From NCBI GenBank assembly GCA_002633005.1, contig NMRA01000047.1:188913-252912 (forward strand): a stretch of 64,000 nucleotides of DNA, read 5' to 3'. The position numbers and the translations under genes were made by a program. Of the stretch, positions 50,601 to 63,721 are shown piece by piece (the stretch's first letter is position 1; every line of letters starts with the position of its first letter). This stretch comes from Phoronis australis. Taxonomy: Eukaryota; Animalia; Phoronida. The notes under the pieces were generated by a model, which was not told where the DNA came from, made no database searches, and saw nothing but the letters and a program-made list of their open reading frames with translations.

Positions 50601-51871
50601 TATCATTTTTGTGTAAAAAGTTTAAAGTTGCACAAAACAAAAACCAAACAAATATAAAACTGTAACCGTGCTTTTGAGATTGTATCTTGAGCATTTAATT
50701 TGTACGAAACTTACTCATGTTATTGATCCTGTTGTTTAGCTGTGAATGTGCCTTTATTTTTTAATAAATTTTACTAAAAAAACACGGTCACATGACCTAA
50801 TTAATGGCAGATTGGAATATAGTAAAAAATCAAAACTTCTTCAAAATTTATGCTTTCAGAAAATTAAAAGTTGAATTGTGTAATTTTGTAGATATTTGGC
50901 TCATAGACAGTCTTGTCGTTCATAAAGGTCTTATGACATCAAAACACTGATTTGGAGCATTTTTGGTTAATACTGGTTTAGAAAAGAAGAAAATGACAGT
51001 TTTATTTAATTTTTGTGCAAAATGACTGAAAATTTACTGTAGCTGGTAAAGTACCCAGTAGACCTGTCTAGATCATTTGTTTACTATTGTTTTGATTTTG
51101 TTGATTGTAGCATAGTATACACTTTCCTCAGGAAATCAATCTCCATGTTTTCTAAGGAAGTTGTGATTTGCAAATGTTTGTCAATACAAAATATACGTTC
51201 TTCCTTGAATTTGCAGTGGCTATAGAGATGTGACTGGAAGTGAACTTCTGTGTACTTTTGAAACTATTGAGCGGTCTCCATAGTTAATCAAGGTCATTGT
51301 GCTCTGTGAATAGATCATTAATGATTTCTTAAGAATGTCAATAGTGCGGTGTTTCAAAGCTTCAATGTTTTAGAACACAGTATGGTGAATAAGTGGAATT
51401 TTGTTTTTTTAAATAAAAGTTTCCCTAAATATGGATAAAATGTTGCTCCATAACCAGCAATTTACTTATACTGTCTATTCAATTAAAACTTGATGAAATT
51501 CAAAGTATTTTGAAAAAATGAACATTTTGACCATTTGTTAAATTTTTAAGATGCATCACCCTTAAAGTAATGGCCTATTTCAGAACAGCAGATTTTCGCT
51601 ATCGACTGAGAATGACAATTACAATGCCAGGTGCTTCCTTCCCCTTCCCAGGTATTGGTACATTGGTGTTAAGCCGTATCCGTAATACAGCCTACCTTAA
51701 AACAACTTGTCCTGACAGCAACTTGCCCGTTCAGCCAAGCATCCACAGTGCACACCCTTCACCTTGCGACAAGTATGACAAAATGATAATTAGACACTCC
51801 CGTGAGAGTAACTGAGCAAGCACAGCCTTCTCTGCAAGCTTGCGTCTACAATTTGTCTACAACTTGCGCTG

Positions 51872-52077
51872 GAACAAGTTACCCTAGAACAAGTTCTTAC
51901 CCTAGAACAAGTTATTATCCTAGAACATGAGTTATTACCGTAGAAGAAGTTATTACCCTAGTACAAGTTAGTTGTTATCCTAGAACAAGTTGTTACCCTA
52001 GAACAAGTTATTACCCTAGAACAAGTTGTTACTCTAGAACTAGTTGTTATCCTCGAACAAGTTATTACTCTAGAACA
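51872..52077. repeat. Minisatellite, ~18-bp unit GAACAAGTTATTACCCTA, ~11 copies
   Basis: Tandem array seen directly. Confidence 0.9.
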
Positions 52078-52674
52078 TTTAGTTCTCTTCCTTCATGTGA
52101 CATCAGCATGGTTCCTGACCTACATTACGAATGGACATTTGTTGACAACTGCCCTGAGTTGGAGTTGTTGATGGAAGGATAAAGAGAGCATTTTGATACA
52201 AGCAGCCATCATGTCATACAACAAAAACAAACCCAAAATAGGAGTAGGGTTCCCCTTTATTTTATCGAATGGACTTTTTGTGAGTGTCATGATTTTCCTT
52301 TACCAAGAAATGAGGGTGCCGAACAAAGAGCTGAATAAATATAAATGGCAGCGTTTACGTGACAGACAATCTATTTTGTTTTAAATCTTTTATTTGCTCA
52401 GTCTAAAGCTTCCTGCGTGATCGATATTTCAATCATGTCACAGTAATAATAGCATGTACCAAGCCAAGCATGAGTTCTTCTCAAATGTCTTGTAGTGTAT
52501 TCCTCAGTGTTGTGATATTGGCTTTTTAAGTCTATTTGCTTATCTTGTAAAAATGTGATTATGAAGTCTTATTCATTGATTCGCCAAAGGCCAAATTCTG
52601 TTTTATCCGAAAGTGCTTTATAATTGCTCTGATATTTTGCACTTTTTGTATTCCTACCGTAAACTCATTTTCGT

Positions 52675-53429
52675 ATTTGTGGAACTGCCCAAAACAAAAA
52701 TTAATAATTCAGAGTCTTAATTGATTGATGGTTGTCATTTTAATGCTAAAATTTTAAAACATCTTATGCACAATACTTGTTAAGTTTGTAGCATCACTTT
52801 GTTACACAGATCATTTAGTTGAAATGTATTCTACTTCTTTCCGCCTGGTTTTCATCAAATACACTTTAGACATATGATTAGTTAACCTAGGGTATAACTT
52901 GGCTGAGTTATGAAGTGCTTAATCAGTTCCAGTCTTTCCCATTTCCACAGGGTGGGTAACTCCATGCAGTTTGTCTGATGGTGAATTTCTCTAACTTGTA
53001 CTCACCTGTGATACTTGGCACTTGGTTAGCTGTCATTCATTGCAGAGAATCTAGGCTCCAACTAAATTGACATCTGATGTCGACTTTACACACTTTGTGT
53101 TAAGTTGTTAAATTTTCATTTTTTTGGTTTTCAAAAACTTCTAAAAAGGCAATGCCCCTGAAATACGCTTGAGTTCTTCTATTTGAGTTAATGCTTTTGT
53201 GTTTGTTTTAAAGGAGATGTCGTCTCTTGTGTATGGCGGGCCTGTCAACTCATATCGCCAATCCAACAACAACAATAACAAGACCAGCTTGCAGTCACAT
53301 GACCTTGAACAGCCAATGGATGTAGATGATGAAGCCCCAAACATCAATGGCAACAACCTAGAGAACGACTCTCAGTTATGGCAGTTTCTTCGTCCAGTTG
53401 CCAGTGTTTACCCGCAAGCTGTGTTCAAA
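52675..53429 (+). other. Near-identical duplicate of ~53474-54237 (includes a truncated copy of the NSUN7 exon at 53214-53429); probable uncollapsed haplotype at a contig join
   Basis: The tandem copy stops exactly at the single N (53430). The exon portions appear identical, with small indels in the intron portion. Confidence 0.8.
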
Positions 53430-54020
53430 NGTGCAATTGTGGGCGCATTTCAACGCTCCGCGTTGCTCTTGTCTTATTTGTGGAACTGCCCAAAAACAAA
53501 AATTAATAATTCAGAGTCTTAATTGATTGATGGTTGTCATTTTAATGCTAAAATTTTAAAACATCTTATGCACAATACTTGTTAATCCTGACAATAATAT
53601 TTGTAGCATCACTTAGGTACACAGATCATTTAGTTGAAATGTATTCTACTACTTTCCGCCTGGTTTTCATCAAATACACTTTAGACATAAGTTAACCTAG
53701 GGTATAACTTGGCTGAGTTATGAAGCGCTTAATCAGTTCCAGTCTTTCCCATTTCCACAGGGTGGGTAACTCCTTGCAGTTTGTCTGATGGTGAATTTCT
53801 CTAACTTGTACTCACCTGTGATACTTGGCACTTGGTTATAGCTGTCATTCATTGCAGAGAATCTAGGCTCCAACTAAATTGACATCTGATGTCGACTTTT
53901 CACACTTTGTGTTAAGTTGTTAAATTTTCCTTTTTTTGGTTTTCAAAACCTTCTAGAAAGGCAATGCCCCTGAAATACAGTTCTTCTATTTGAGTTAATG
54001 CTTTTGTGTTTGTTTTAAAG

Positions 54021-54420
54021 GAGATGTCGTCTCTTGTGTATGGCGGGCCTGTCAACTCATATCGCCAATCCAACAACAACAATAACAAGACCAGCTTGCA
54101 GTCACATGACCTTGAACAGCCAATGGATGTAGATGATGAAGCCCCAAACATCAATGGCAACAACCTAGAGAACGACTCTCAGTTATGGCAGTTTCTTCGT
54201 CCAGTTGCCAGTGTTTACCCGCAAGCTGTGTTCAAACATGCGGGTACGCTGTATTCAGCATTAAAACATGACATTGAGAGGCCCGAGGATGAGCATGACT
54301 TCGTGCGACAGAAGCAGAAAAAGAAAATGGCCGCTCAACATGTGATTGTTCCCCACATTGACTTCAGTAGTGGTCAGGAGAAACGACTGACCTATCAGCT
54401 GGCGTTTAACACACTCAAAT
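54021..54420 (+). CDS. NSUN7: NSUN7-like putative RNA m5C methyltransferase family protein, exon (in-frame ATG at 54024)
   Basis: Acceptor ttttaaAG|, donor |GTAAGC (phase 1). YPQAVFKHAGTLYSAL...RLTYQLAFNTLKY resembles the NSUN7 N-terminus (human YPDSVYVMAANIF...RLSYELAFSALKY, recalled from memory). Confidence 0.88.
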
Positions 54421-55306
54421 GTAAGCGGTTCTCTTAAAGCGGCACTAAATGTATTTTTATCATATTGGAAATATTTGCCACGGCTTGAAAACTTTGAGAA
54501 TGGTTTTAATGGTGTTATTGGCAACTAAGACAGATGTTATGAGAGTAATAGGCCTAATTCGATTTTAATTTTTTTAACCAGCTAAAGAGACTCAAGTTAT
54601 GCAGCTTAAAATGATTCGAAGCTTACACTTCGTTGTGTCTTGTGTAATATTATTGATAGTTTATTTTGGATGCAAGTTATTTGTTATTATTACTTATTAC
54701 TTCTTCGTAGTAAGAATAAAGAATAAAGACTTACTCATCTTTTACTGCCAACTTTTTAGAACTGTATTTTCCAGTGGCAAATATATTTTGAGTATACTTA
54801 TAGTGTAATCATTAAAAGGCTCTAAAATTTGTTAGTGCGTTAAGACTATCAGAGGGATTTCCCCGCACACTTTGGTCTACATTCTAAAATTACGACACCA
54901 TATGTTGAGCTAGGTAGAGTGTTCAAGATTTCAGGTGAAAAAGGAATACCAACATCCAATGAGTCATCCCTAATGTCTAGCATCTAACATTTCAAACTCA
55001 AATCCTGAATAAAAATCAGTTTAAATTGAGTGAATTAAACCTCGTCAATGGACTGTTTAGAGGGCTTTGTATCAATTGCTATTCAACTGGTAAGCAATCA
55101 ACAGAAAGTTGAAAAATTGAGAAAAATCAAAAAAATGTCTTTCATTCAGGATGTCGTCTGATAAATATAGTCTGCTGTTATCTCGTCATAAAATTTATAA
55201 TTAAGTGAACGATTCAAGAATGGGCAAGTAGCCAACTCTTTGTTTGCTGCAATTTGGCCAGCCAGTAATAGAAGAAAAAGAATTAATATTTCCATTTATT
55301 TGCCAG

Positions 55307-55365
55307 ATCAACAGTTGCTTGAGGACATATTAGAGGATGTCGCCTTTTTCTCTGCATACCCAGAG
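55307..55365 (+). CDS. NSUN7: NSUN7-like exon (YQQLLEDILEDVAFFSAYPE)
   Basis: tgccAG| ... |GTGAGT; 59 nt, phases 1->0 consistent. Confidence 0.85.
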
Positions 55366-56185
55366 GTGAGTTGTGTGAATCTTGTAAAGTTACCGTAGCA
55401 ACCAAGTGTTACAAAAATTCCTACACTGAGATTCTATAAATTACTGTAATGGCATCAATTATCAATGACCAGGAAAGTATTAAGGATAAATTTGTTAAGA
55501 ACTTTTTTCTTTTCGTTTCAGAAAAGTTAGGCAATCAAATGATGTATGGCGTTGTTAAGTAGATGTAACCATGACGATGGCTTGAATTCTTTTACATTTA
55601 TTTTTCAGAGAAGTGTCTTCATGTTATCTATTTTGATAGATAAGGCTTTAGGAGAGCATGAAGTTTTAGCTAATTTTAGTTTGATTTTTTTACCAGTCTT
55701 ATTCTAGTTTTCAGATAAACTAAGCATTACGTGTTCATAATGTCACGCAATGCTCAACAATTTTCCTCTGAATTGCATAATGAGTTGCCATAATCTTGAA
55801 TAAACTAGTTGATTTTAAGTTACAAAATAGTCCCCAGTCATACACTTGCGTGCTTTGGTGGTGATACTGATAAGGCAGTTGCACCCACAAGCTCAGTAAA
55901 CCAACCTATTGTGTGGCAACACTACAAGGATCTGCTACTTTAGCAGCTAGTACTCTCATCTGTGTTCTCCACTTCTAAACAAAGGAAGCTACCCTGTTGC
56001 TATAAAATTAACCGTGTTAAGTTTCTCATTTATAATATTGCCATTCAGAGCCCAATTACTGTGATCTTCAGAGTTTCAATTTTGTTGGTAAATGGACTGT
56101 ACCCACAGAGCTGGCAATCATTCACTACGTTAAGTCCCAAAACTGTCCATGCATAATTCTCCATGTTTTACTGTGCTCTCTACAG

Positions 56186-56472
56186 TACCGTGAAGAAGAG
56201 GGAGCCATAATGACAATGCTGTATGATCTGCAGCAAAGAAAATTCCCCCGTCAGACCAGAATATCGTGTACCATCCCTGGTGATCCTCATCTAGACGAGA
56301 TGGAGGAGGCCTTGAGTAGCTTTAGTGTGAAACTGAATGCAGCCCTCGCCCGCTGTAGGATAAAGGCACACGCTAGGACTATTGAGCATTTATTGCCTGA
56401 GAGAGTAAGAGAGAAGGGGTCCCAGACTGACAGGCTTCCTGTTTATGCATGGGTTAACCAAGCCAAGGCTAG
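56186..56472 (+). CDS. NSUN7: NSUN7-like exon (MLYDLQQRKF...KLNAALARCRIK...LPVYAWVN)
   Basis: ctacAG| ... AG|GTAAGA; 287 nt, phases 0->2; NSUN7-typical motifs MLYDxQxRKF, ALARCRIK and LPxYAWxN. Confidence 0.92.
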
Positions 56473-56624
56473 GTAAGACTTTCAGTGGGTGACGGTAAGA
56501 ACCCATTGTATACTGACCTGATAAAACAAATATGGAGACTTACACCTAGGTTTATTGATGTGAACTTGTTGTTTAATGATAAAAATCGTTTCAGTATTGG
56601 TCTCTCAGCTAGTCAAAAGTTGAT

Positions 56625-58111
56625 GTTTATGCGCCCACATATTTATATATTATATGGACGCATTATGCCGTCATCTCCGTCCGTCCGTCCGGGCGGGCGG
56701 CGTCCAGCGTCCGCTGCTGTATCTCCAAAACCCTTTGACATTATGAGGTTCATGAAATTTGGCACATATGTTCCATTCATGATTGGGACGGCATGTGTGA
56801 ACTTTCGGACGGATCCGAATACCGGTGTGCCCCCTAGTGGCAATTTTAGTTTTTTACACTTACCTTTGTATCTTCTTTCATGAAATTTGGTATGTAGTGA
56901 GATGACGTTTTATCCTCCCGTTTTCGGATGGATTCGACATAGTTTGCGCCACCTAGTGGTCATTTTTAGTGTTTTCGAGTCTGTTTTTGTGCGTCCACCC
57001 CTCTATCAACCAAACCGCTCAAAGGATGATTGTGAAAATTGGTGTGTATATGCTTACTATGTAGAGGACGGTTGACAATGATTTTCAGACGATGTGGACT
57101 ACTGTGGGGCCTCCTAGTGGCAGTTTGTTTTTTTGCGCCTATGGCTGTATCTCCTAAACCGTTCGCAGGATCTTTACGAAATTTAATAAGTGTATTGATA
57201 TGATGTTAACAACAGACGATGACGACTTTTGGACGGATCCGCCTACCAGTGTGCCCCCTAGTGGCAATTTTATTTTTTCACGTTTACCTCTGTATCTTCA
57301 CAAGTCCTTAACGGATTTTCATGAAATTTGGTATGTAGGCACCTATTAGTGCGTTGACGCTATCCTCCCGTTTTCGGATGGATTCGACCTAGTTTGCGAC
57401 ACCCAGTGGCCATTTTTACTGTTTTTGAGTCTGTTTTTTGGCGTCCACCCCTCTATCAACCAAACCGCTATAAGTATGATTGTGAAAATTGGCATGTATG
57501 TTCTTACTATGAAGAGGACGGTTGACGCTGAATTTCCCATGACTTTGATTACTGTGGCGCCTCCTAGTGGCAGTTTTTTTTTGCGCCCATGGCTGTATCT
57601 CCCAAACCGTTTGCAGGATCTTTACTAAATTTAGCAAGTGTATTTATGTGATGTTGACAACGGACGATGACGACTTTAGGATGATTCTGACTACCGGTAT
57701 GCCTCTAGTGGCAATTTTAGTATTTTACATTGACCTCTGTATTTTCATAGGTCTTCAGGTGTATACTTTGTGTTACTTCGTGACTATGAAGGAAAAGTTC
57801 CAAGTAGAAATTTGTTTCTGGCATTCTAATGCTGTGCTAATCTCGTATGTTGGTAAATTTGTTTTTAATTCTATGTTTCTGTGGTGCTTTAAGCAACTGA
57901 TGTATAGGATGTGCTTGTATTATGAAGATCACTCACATTTTGCCTCTAGCCTATTGAGGAGACAATGACCATGCCTTTCCATTTTGCAAAGTACAACATA
58001 CTACATATATGCCCTCTACTGGCCACTTTATGGTACCAGTAAACAACCCTAGAAGGATACCGTATAAGGTGCAATTGTGGGCGCATTTCAACGCTCTGCG
58101 TTGCTCTTGTT
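56625..58111 (+). mobile_element. Helentron/HINE-like element copy B (in an NSUN7 intron)
   Basis: tttatgcgcccacat ... (gtcc)n ... tandem ~430-bp units ... attgtgggcgcatttcaacgctctgcgttgctcttgtt. Subterminal IR atgcgcccaca/tgtgggcgcat plus 3' hairpin caacgc-tct-gcgttg. Confidence 0.75.
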
Positions 58112-58890
58112 ACAAATAAAGCCATGTTTGGTTCTTAATTGTTCTCGACTCATTTGGCACACAGTGTGACTAACATGTGAAATTCGATTTTTTCACATTT
58201 CTTAATAAATATGATTGCCAAGAAAATTAATGTCATTATCAACATAAAGCAGTTTTCAAAAAAGTAGACAATTTCTACTGAAATTCGTTTAGCTTTGCTG
58301 AAGTTGTGGAAAAACATCTAGAAGAAAATTAACCAGGATGAAAATTAACACTAACATTTGAAGATTAGTGTGGAAACTTGCTTCGCAATTTTTACTGTAT
58401 AACTGTAAAAAACTCTTGGTATACTTTCATTATTTGTAACGTTATGAATGCAGCCTTGAAAATTTTAAAAATGTCTGTTTGGTGACTATTTTTGTGGGAA
58501 GTAACAGAAGAGTGCTGTTGTAATTGTAAAACTGTCTCCGATTGTCACCTAACTTTTTTGTCTGTTCTTGGAGTTCTTGCTATGTGTGACACTCATTTTG
58601 CATTGAACTGTTCCATGTTTCATAATAATTCAATACCTATTGTATTTTGGTCATCCAATTTTAGTTTTATTGTATTTCTCCAGTATTTTCAATGGTATAA
58701 TAAATGTATTGTATTGTATTGTATTGTCTCGTCCTCTGTGTTTGCTATGTACTCGTTTTCTTTCACAGACCGAAGTCTTTCACCATCCCGTTTGGAGACT
58801 CAGACATTAGGTTCATGGTTATGCATTTTAATAGATTTTTTAAATTGTAATTCACACCCAGCTTTGCAAATGCACCGTTCACTGGCATTT

Positions 58891-58990
58891 TAGCCAATTT
58901 ACGGGGTTCCCAAATTTTGAGAACCAGTTTGATATGGTTATTGAATGGAGAAAACTGGTTCTCAAAAAGTGGGACCCCCGTAAGTGACTA
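58891..58990. mobile_element. ~100-bp hairpin MITE
   Basis: ttacggggttccca..ttttgagaaccagttt / aaactggttctcaaaa..tgggacccccgtaa inverted repeats. Confidence 0.6.
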
Positions 58991-61847
58991 TTACTGTGTT
59001 TTGTTTAAAATCAGGTGTCCAAAATGTTCTTCATTTCAAGATTTCATTGAAGAAATTGCTGAGTAGTAGATATTTTTCATTAAAAAGCCACAGTTACAAT
59101 TTTAGCACTCATGATTTTGCAAAACGGAAATGCCAAATCCTTAATTTTGCATGAGAATTGTTTTTTCAACAGACATCTTGTCTCTGAAAACATAAACTGC
59201 TAAAATTATTTATTTTTAAATGTATCTAAATGTTAAACTGACTGAATTAGTCATGTTTAAGAAATCGAATCAAGATAACTGAAAAATGCACAGATTGACG
59301 CATTAACAGATTTGGTATCTGAACCTTGGTTCTAATCTCTGTACTTCAATTTGGACTCGAAATTATTTCTGTACATTTTCTGTTCTATTGTACTCTTTTG
59401 TGAACTCAAGATATCGTATTCTGTGCTTGAATACAACATGGGTTTTGCAGATGAAATTCTGATCCAAGTTCATACTTGATAATCCCCTGATTCGAGCTTC
59501 AAACTTGAGTAAAAAATTTAAATTTTGAGTAAAACCTTTTGATTTCGAATTGCTTTAATCCTGGTGTCATCCAGTAAAAATTGTGGCTGTCTTCCATGTT
59601 GACCATGATGTGCTTGAGCAGTGAATAGTATACACATTAACTGGAAGGAAATAATCTTGAGTTTGATCCTTGAGTACAAATATTAGACCTGGGTACTTGA
59701 TGTCTGAAAACCACACATTGCTTTTGTGTGTTTGCTGGACTGTTCTTTTCAGGGGCCACTTTTCCTTTGTTTCTGATGCACAAACATTGCTTTGTGGTGA
59801 TAATGTGGGTTATTTAACTGGGCAACTGTCATAAAAGCTTCATTCATGTTTGTAAGTATGGTAAAATTTCAACAATTTCGGACATAAATTATCACCAGAA
59901 TTGATATTTGTTCATTGAGTAGAGACTCCTTTCTGACATGGTTGTGAGGGTCTACGCATACTAAAAAGAGTCTCCAGTGGTATTTTTAGCTATTTGTCTG
60001 AAAACCTTTTGAATATACCGGTAAATTCCACTTGTCTCCATGATGTGTCCTAAATTAATGGAATTTTATCAACATTAATTCAATACACAAAGCATTTGTT
60101 TTGTAGTCAGTAGACCTTTGCAAAATAATTTATATTTTTTCGCATTTGAATTTCTCCCCCATTTCAGAGGAGGCAGTTTACATGGTAGACTGGAATAATA
60201 CACTCTGTCTTAAGTTAGTTTTATGACCTACAATTGAGGTGGCCATTTTGCATGGTAGATCTGCAAAGTACACTGACTTGTTTTTCTCTTAACTGAGGTG
60301 GCAGTTAGCAAAGTAAATCATAAAAGTACACTGTCTTGTTGATCAATAATTTTCAAGTTCAGCAACTAAAACGGTAAAGCTATTGTTATTGAATTGTAAT
60401 TCGGATCAATACTTTTCTTTATTTTTGATCTGTGTTTAGCGTTGAAAATCTGATTTTAGAAGGAAGGAAATGTTTGAACAAGATACTACTATGGGTAGCT
60501 TTGAATGATTCATATCAGTTAGGATTTGGATACCTTAGGTTATGGAGGACCCTAGAAAAATGGCCTAATTTAGTTATCTTTGAAACATCATATCTCAGAA
60601 GTGGCTGCATGATCAGATTAATGTGAAATTTTGAAATTCAGTACGCTTTATGTGCTGTTCTTCAAAACCATGTTAGATATTGGTTTTGAAACTGTGTGAC
60701 ATGACTTTTGTATGAGGGCTATGAAAAACTGGCACTTTTATGAAAATAATCATTTAGTAAACGCATTCATATCCAACAAAATTTAATATCATAGTTTGGC
60801 TATGAAATAGTACCTTTCTTTTTGTGCTTAATTTTATTGGAATGACACATGGTCACATGACCCAAGTTGTTTTATTGGAATCACATGGTCACATGACCCA
60901 AGTTGCTGCTGATTGGAATGAAGTCAAAACTCAGTTTTTTACAATTTTGCTTTCTATATAGTTAAGAAAATGTGTACCTTACTGAGTTAAACTCTATGGT
61001 TTGGTAGATAGTTGGTTAAGGGAACAATCCTCTGGATAAGGTCCTGTGATAAACCTTGTGTCTAGTTTTGTAACCAGTTTCTTTTGTCAGATACTGGAGA
61101 TCAGAGACTGTTAGTGATAGCTATATATCTTCACAATTTAATACACCTGAGGGTAGCTCAGCTCCTGCACATAATAGGCCAATTAGAGTTTTTATCTTAA
61201 TCGTCTAAATACCTCTAAAGAATGGGTGGATATTTAAATAGAGGAGCGCCTATTGTTGAAATTTAGATGCTTGAAAACTGTGAAGGCCATAAGTAAGATA
61301 TATGCTGAGAGTGTATGATTAAGGCTGTTTGCCCCCTTATTAGCAAACTAAATTAGAAAATGTTCAAAGTATTTATTGCATAGTTGCATAGAGGATGTGC
61401 CAGGTTAAGCTAAAAACATGCATGCGTAAAACCATACAATCTTTCAATGTGTTTTCATTCAGTTAAGGAATTATACCATATGCATGTGTCTTGAACAAGG
61501 ATATTCTATACAGACTTTGTGTGGGGCATAATGATGTGTTAACTGAGCTATAACACAATCCATAATGCATTGCAACGCATGCAAGTGTCATGAACAATGC
61601 GTTTCTATTGACTTCCTATCTGGCGTAAGCTACATTATCGGAGTGAAAATGCATTTTCAAATCACATGATTTTTCCCGACTGTACGTTTTAGGTTCTCTT
61701 TGAAATCAAATTTTTGTCTTTGACATCACATAAGTTATGAGAGATTTCAAAGCATAGGAAAGCAAGCATTTCTGTTGTCAGGACTAATTTCATTGGTCTT
61801 GTAACATGCTTTTGATTCATTTGTTTTTAATTTCTATTTTTTCGTAG

Positions 61848-62040
61848 CATTGTCTCTGTGACCGAAGAATTGAACAACTCTGGCTACCGACTCCTCACTC
61901 CGGAGTGTGACTCGCAGTCACCCCCTGAGAGGGCGTACTGTGTTGATCATCACTGCAGTGATCTGTTGATCTTTCACGCAGACGAGAGGCAGCGGCTGTC
62001 GCAGCACCATCTGGTGGAGGATGGACACATCGTGATCCAG
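61848..62040 (+). CDS. NSUN7: NSUN7-like exon (…YCVDHHCSDLLIF…HLVEDGHIVIQ)
   Basis: ttcgtAG| ... CAG|GTATGA; 193 nt, phases 2->0; DxHCxDxLIF motif of NSUN5/7. Confidence 0.92.
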
Positions 62041-63002
62041 GTATGACGCGCACATGATTGATCAGGCTTCATTATTGTAGAAATTCTTCAATTTAGAGCA
62101 GCCTTGTGACCTAAAACTTGTGGAAGAAGTGAAATTTTCGCATGTTTTGATTAAATCAAAGACATTGAGTTTTTCTTAATGTAATAATTTCTTCCGTAAT
62201 AAGTTACACTTAAGATCAGAAATTTCCATTTTATTGAAACTCATGGATATCATACAGATGTTAAAGAAACGAGGTAAGCAATAGTCGTGAGTCAAATGAG
62301 ACACTTCACAATCCAGCTGATTCTGTCTCCATTTTAACCACAGAAAACTGATTAGTTCAGATGTACACCAACACTGAGGGACGTGGACAATTACTGCATG
62401 GATTGATTTTCAAATTTACCATACTTACCTAATGATTTTTATTGGGGAATAAGAGAAAATGTGTGTTATATATGTAAATAATTACCCACAGAACAGTGAA
62501 ATCTCCCCATTATACAAAAATAATTGCTAAAATTGGCCTTTTTATTTTTCAAAGGCTTCTATGGTGATTGTTGTTAAAGTGCTCAATTTCTCAGACTGAT
62601 TGCCTGATGGCCACTATGGTATAGTTCTTTAAAAATTACATAGCATTTATACACTACTTACACTCTGGTGCTGTTGCAAAAAGTGATCGTTGTGCACTGT
62701 TGTTTAGGAAACAAGGTCTTGTTTTAGCAACACAAACATGAAAGTGCGCATGTTCCAAACGTACATGCAGATCCATCGTAATTTGGACATAACACCTTGT
62801 TTTCAAGCATAGTGGCAGATTTGTGCAAGTAGCGAATTTGGTGCTTTTTACCTTCTCAGAAAAATTAAAAAATAGTCTTTCACTTGTCAGCCATATTTTG
62901 TTCTAATTTTGTTATGTTTTACCATGCTGGTCTGATATAGAGCCCAGTGGTATGCTATTGAAAACCACTCTCCATACGCAGTGTCATGAAATATGTTTGT
63001 AG

Positions 63003-63213
63003 GACAAGTCAGGATCACTGGGGCCGCACTCTGTGAAAGCTCTTTTGAATGAGGGTGATGACTGTGTCCATGTTAATGTGGGTTCAGGGGCCACAACTGC
63101 CCACCTAGCGAGTCTTGTACAGGCATCGGGTAGTCAGGTCTTTGCATTTGGAGTTCAGTCGCCAGAGCACCAACAGAGTCTTGTGGACATGTTTGCCAAA
63201 CTTGATATTAAAA
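63003..63213 (+). CDS. NSUN7: NSUN7-like exon (DKSGSLGPHSVKALL…HVNVGSGATTAHLASL)
   Basis: ttgtAG| ... |GTGAGT; 211 nt, phases 0->1; QDKS motif across the junction and a degenerate motif I. Confidence 0.92.
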
Positions 63214-63577
63214 GTGAGTAGTCATCAAATTGCGTGTACCTGCAGCCACAATGTTTTATCAAAAGTCGTACGCCCAGTCGCCGCTAATGTGGTTATAGGC
63301 TGTGTTTGTCTTCTAAGAGCTCATAAATTTTCATCAATAACTTCCTTCATGGGCTGCTGGGTGCAGATTAAAATCTGCTACAGGGAGAATTTTATGTTGC
63401 TCCATTTGTAGAAATACAGGGTGGATGAGCTGGGGGTCCAGATTTTCTTCGTTCGCTCCAGTCACGACATTGTTTTTACTTGTTTAAATATTTCAAGTGA
63501 CACGTCTGCAATAAAATGTATGTCAATGGATGATACGACGCTATAAAACGAATAACGTTTCTCTATGTTGATTACAG

Positions 63578-63721
63578 ATGTGAAGTTGATTGCGGAAGAT
63601 TTCAATAGCCTGGAACCTGATGACGTCAGGTTCAAGAATACAAAAGTAATTCTAGTCACAGCTGACTGCAGCAAGTCTGGTGTCAGGAACCCAGTCGATT
63701 TTATAGTTAATGAGGGAGAAG
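63578..63721 (+). CDS. NSUN7: NSUN7-like exon (…KVILVTADCSKSGVRNPVDFIVNEGE); gene continues beyond the window
   Basis: ttacAG| ... G|GTACAT; 144 nt, phases 1->1; motif IV region followed by the NSUN7-typical NPVxFIxNE. Confidence 0.9.

Noticed and set aside
38900-52600. Many 60-145-aa ORFs in the long NSUN7 intron
   Set aside because: No motifs, AT-rich low-complexity composition, and interspersed with decayed repeat fragments.
53199-53522. Second NSUN7 paralog or true exon duplication
   Set aside because: Truncated exactly at an N and identical in exon sequence; best explained as a haplotype assembly artefact.
54434-54843. Kolobok-like TTAA element just after the NSUN7 donor (similar ttaa-gg ends at ~31879, 34772, 51561)
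   Set aside because: Terminal matches are too short or degenerate to define boundaries by eye.
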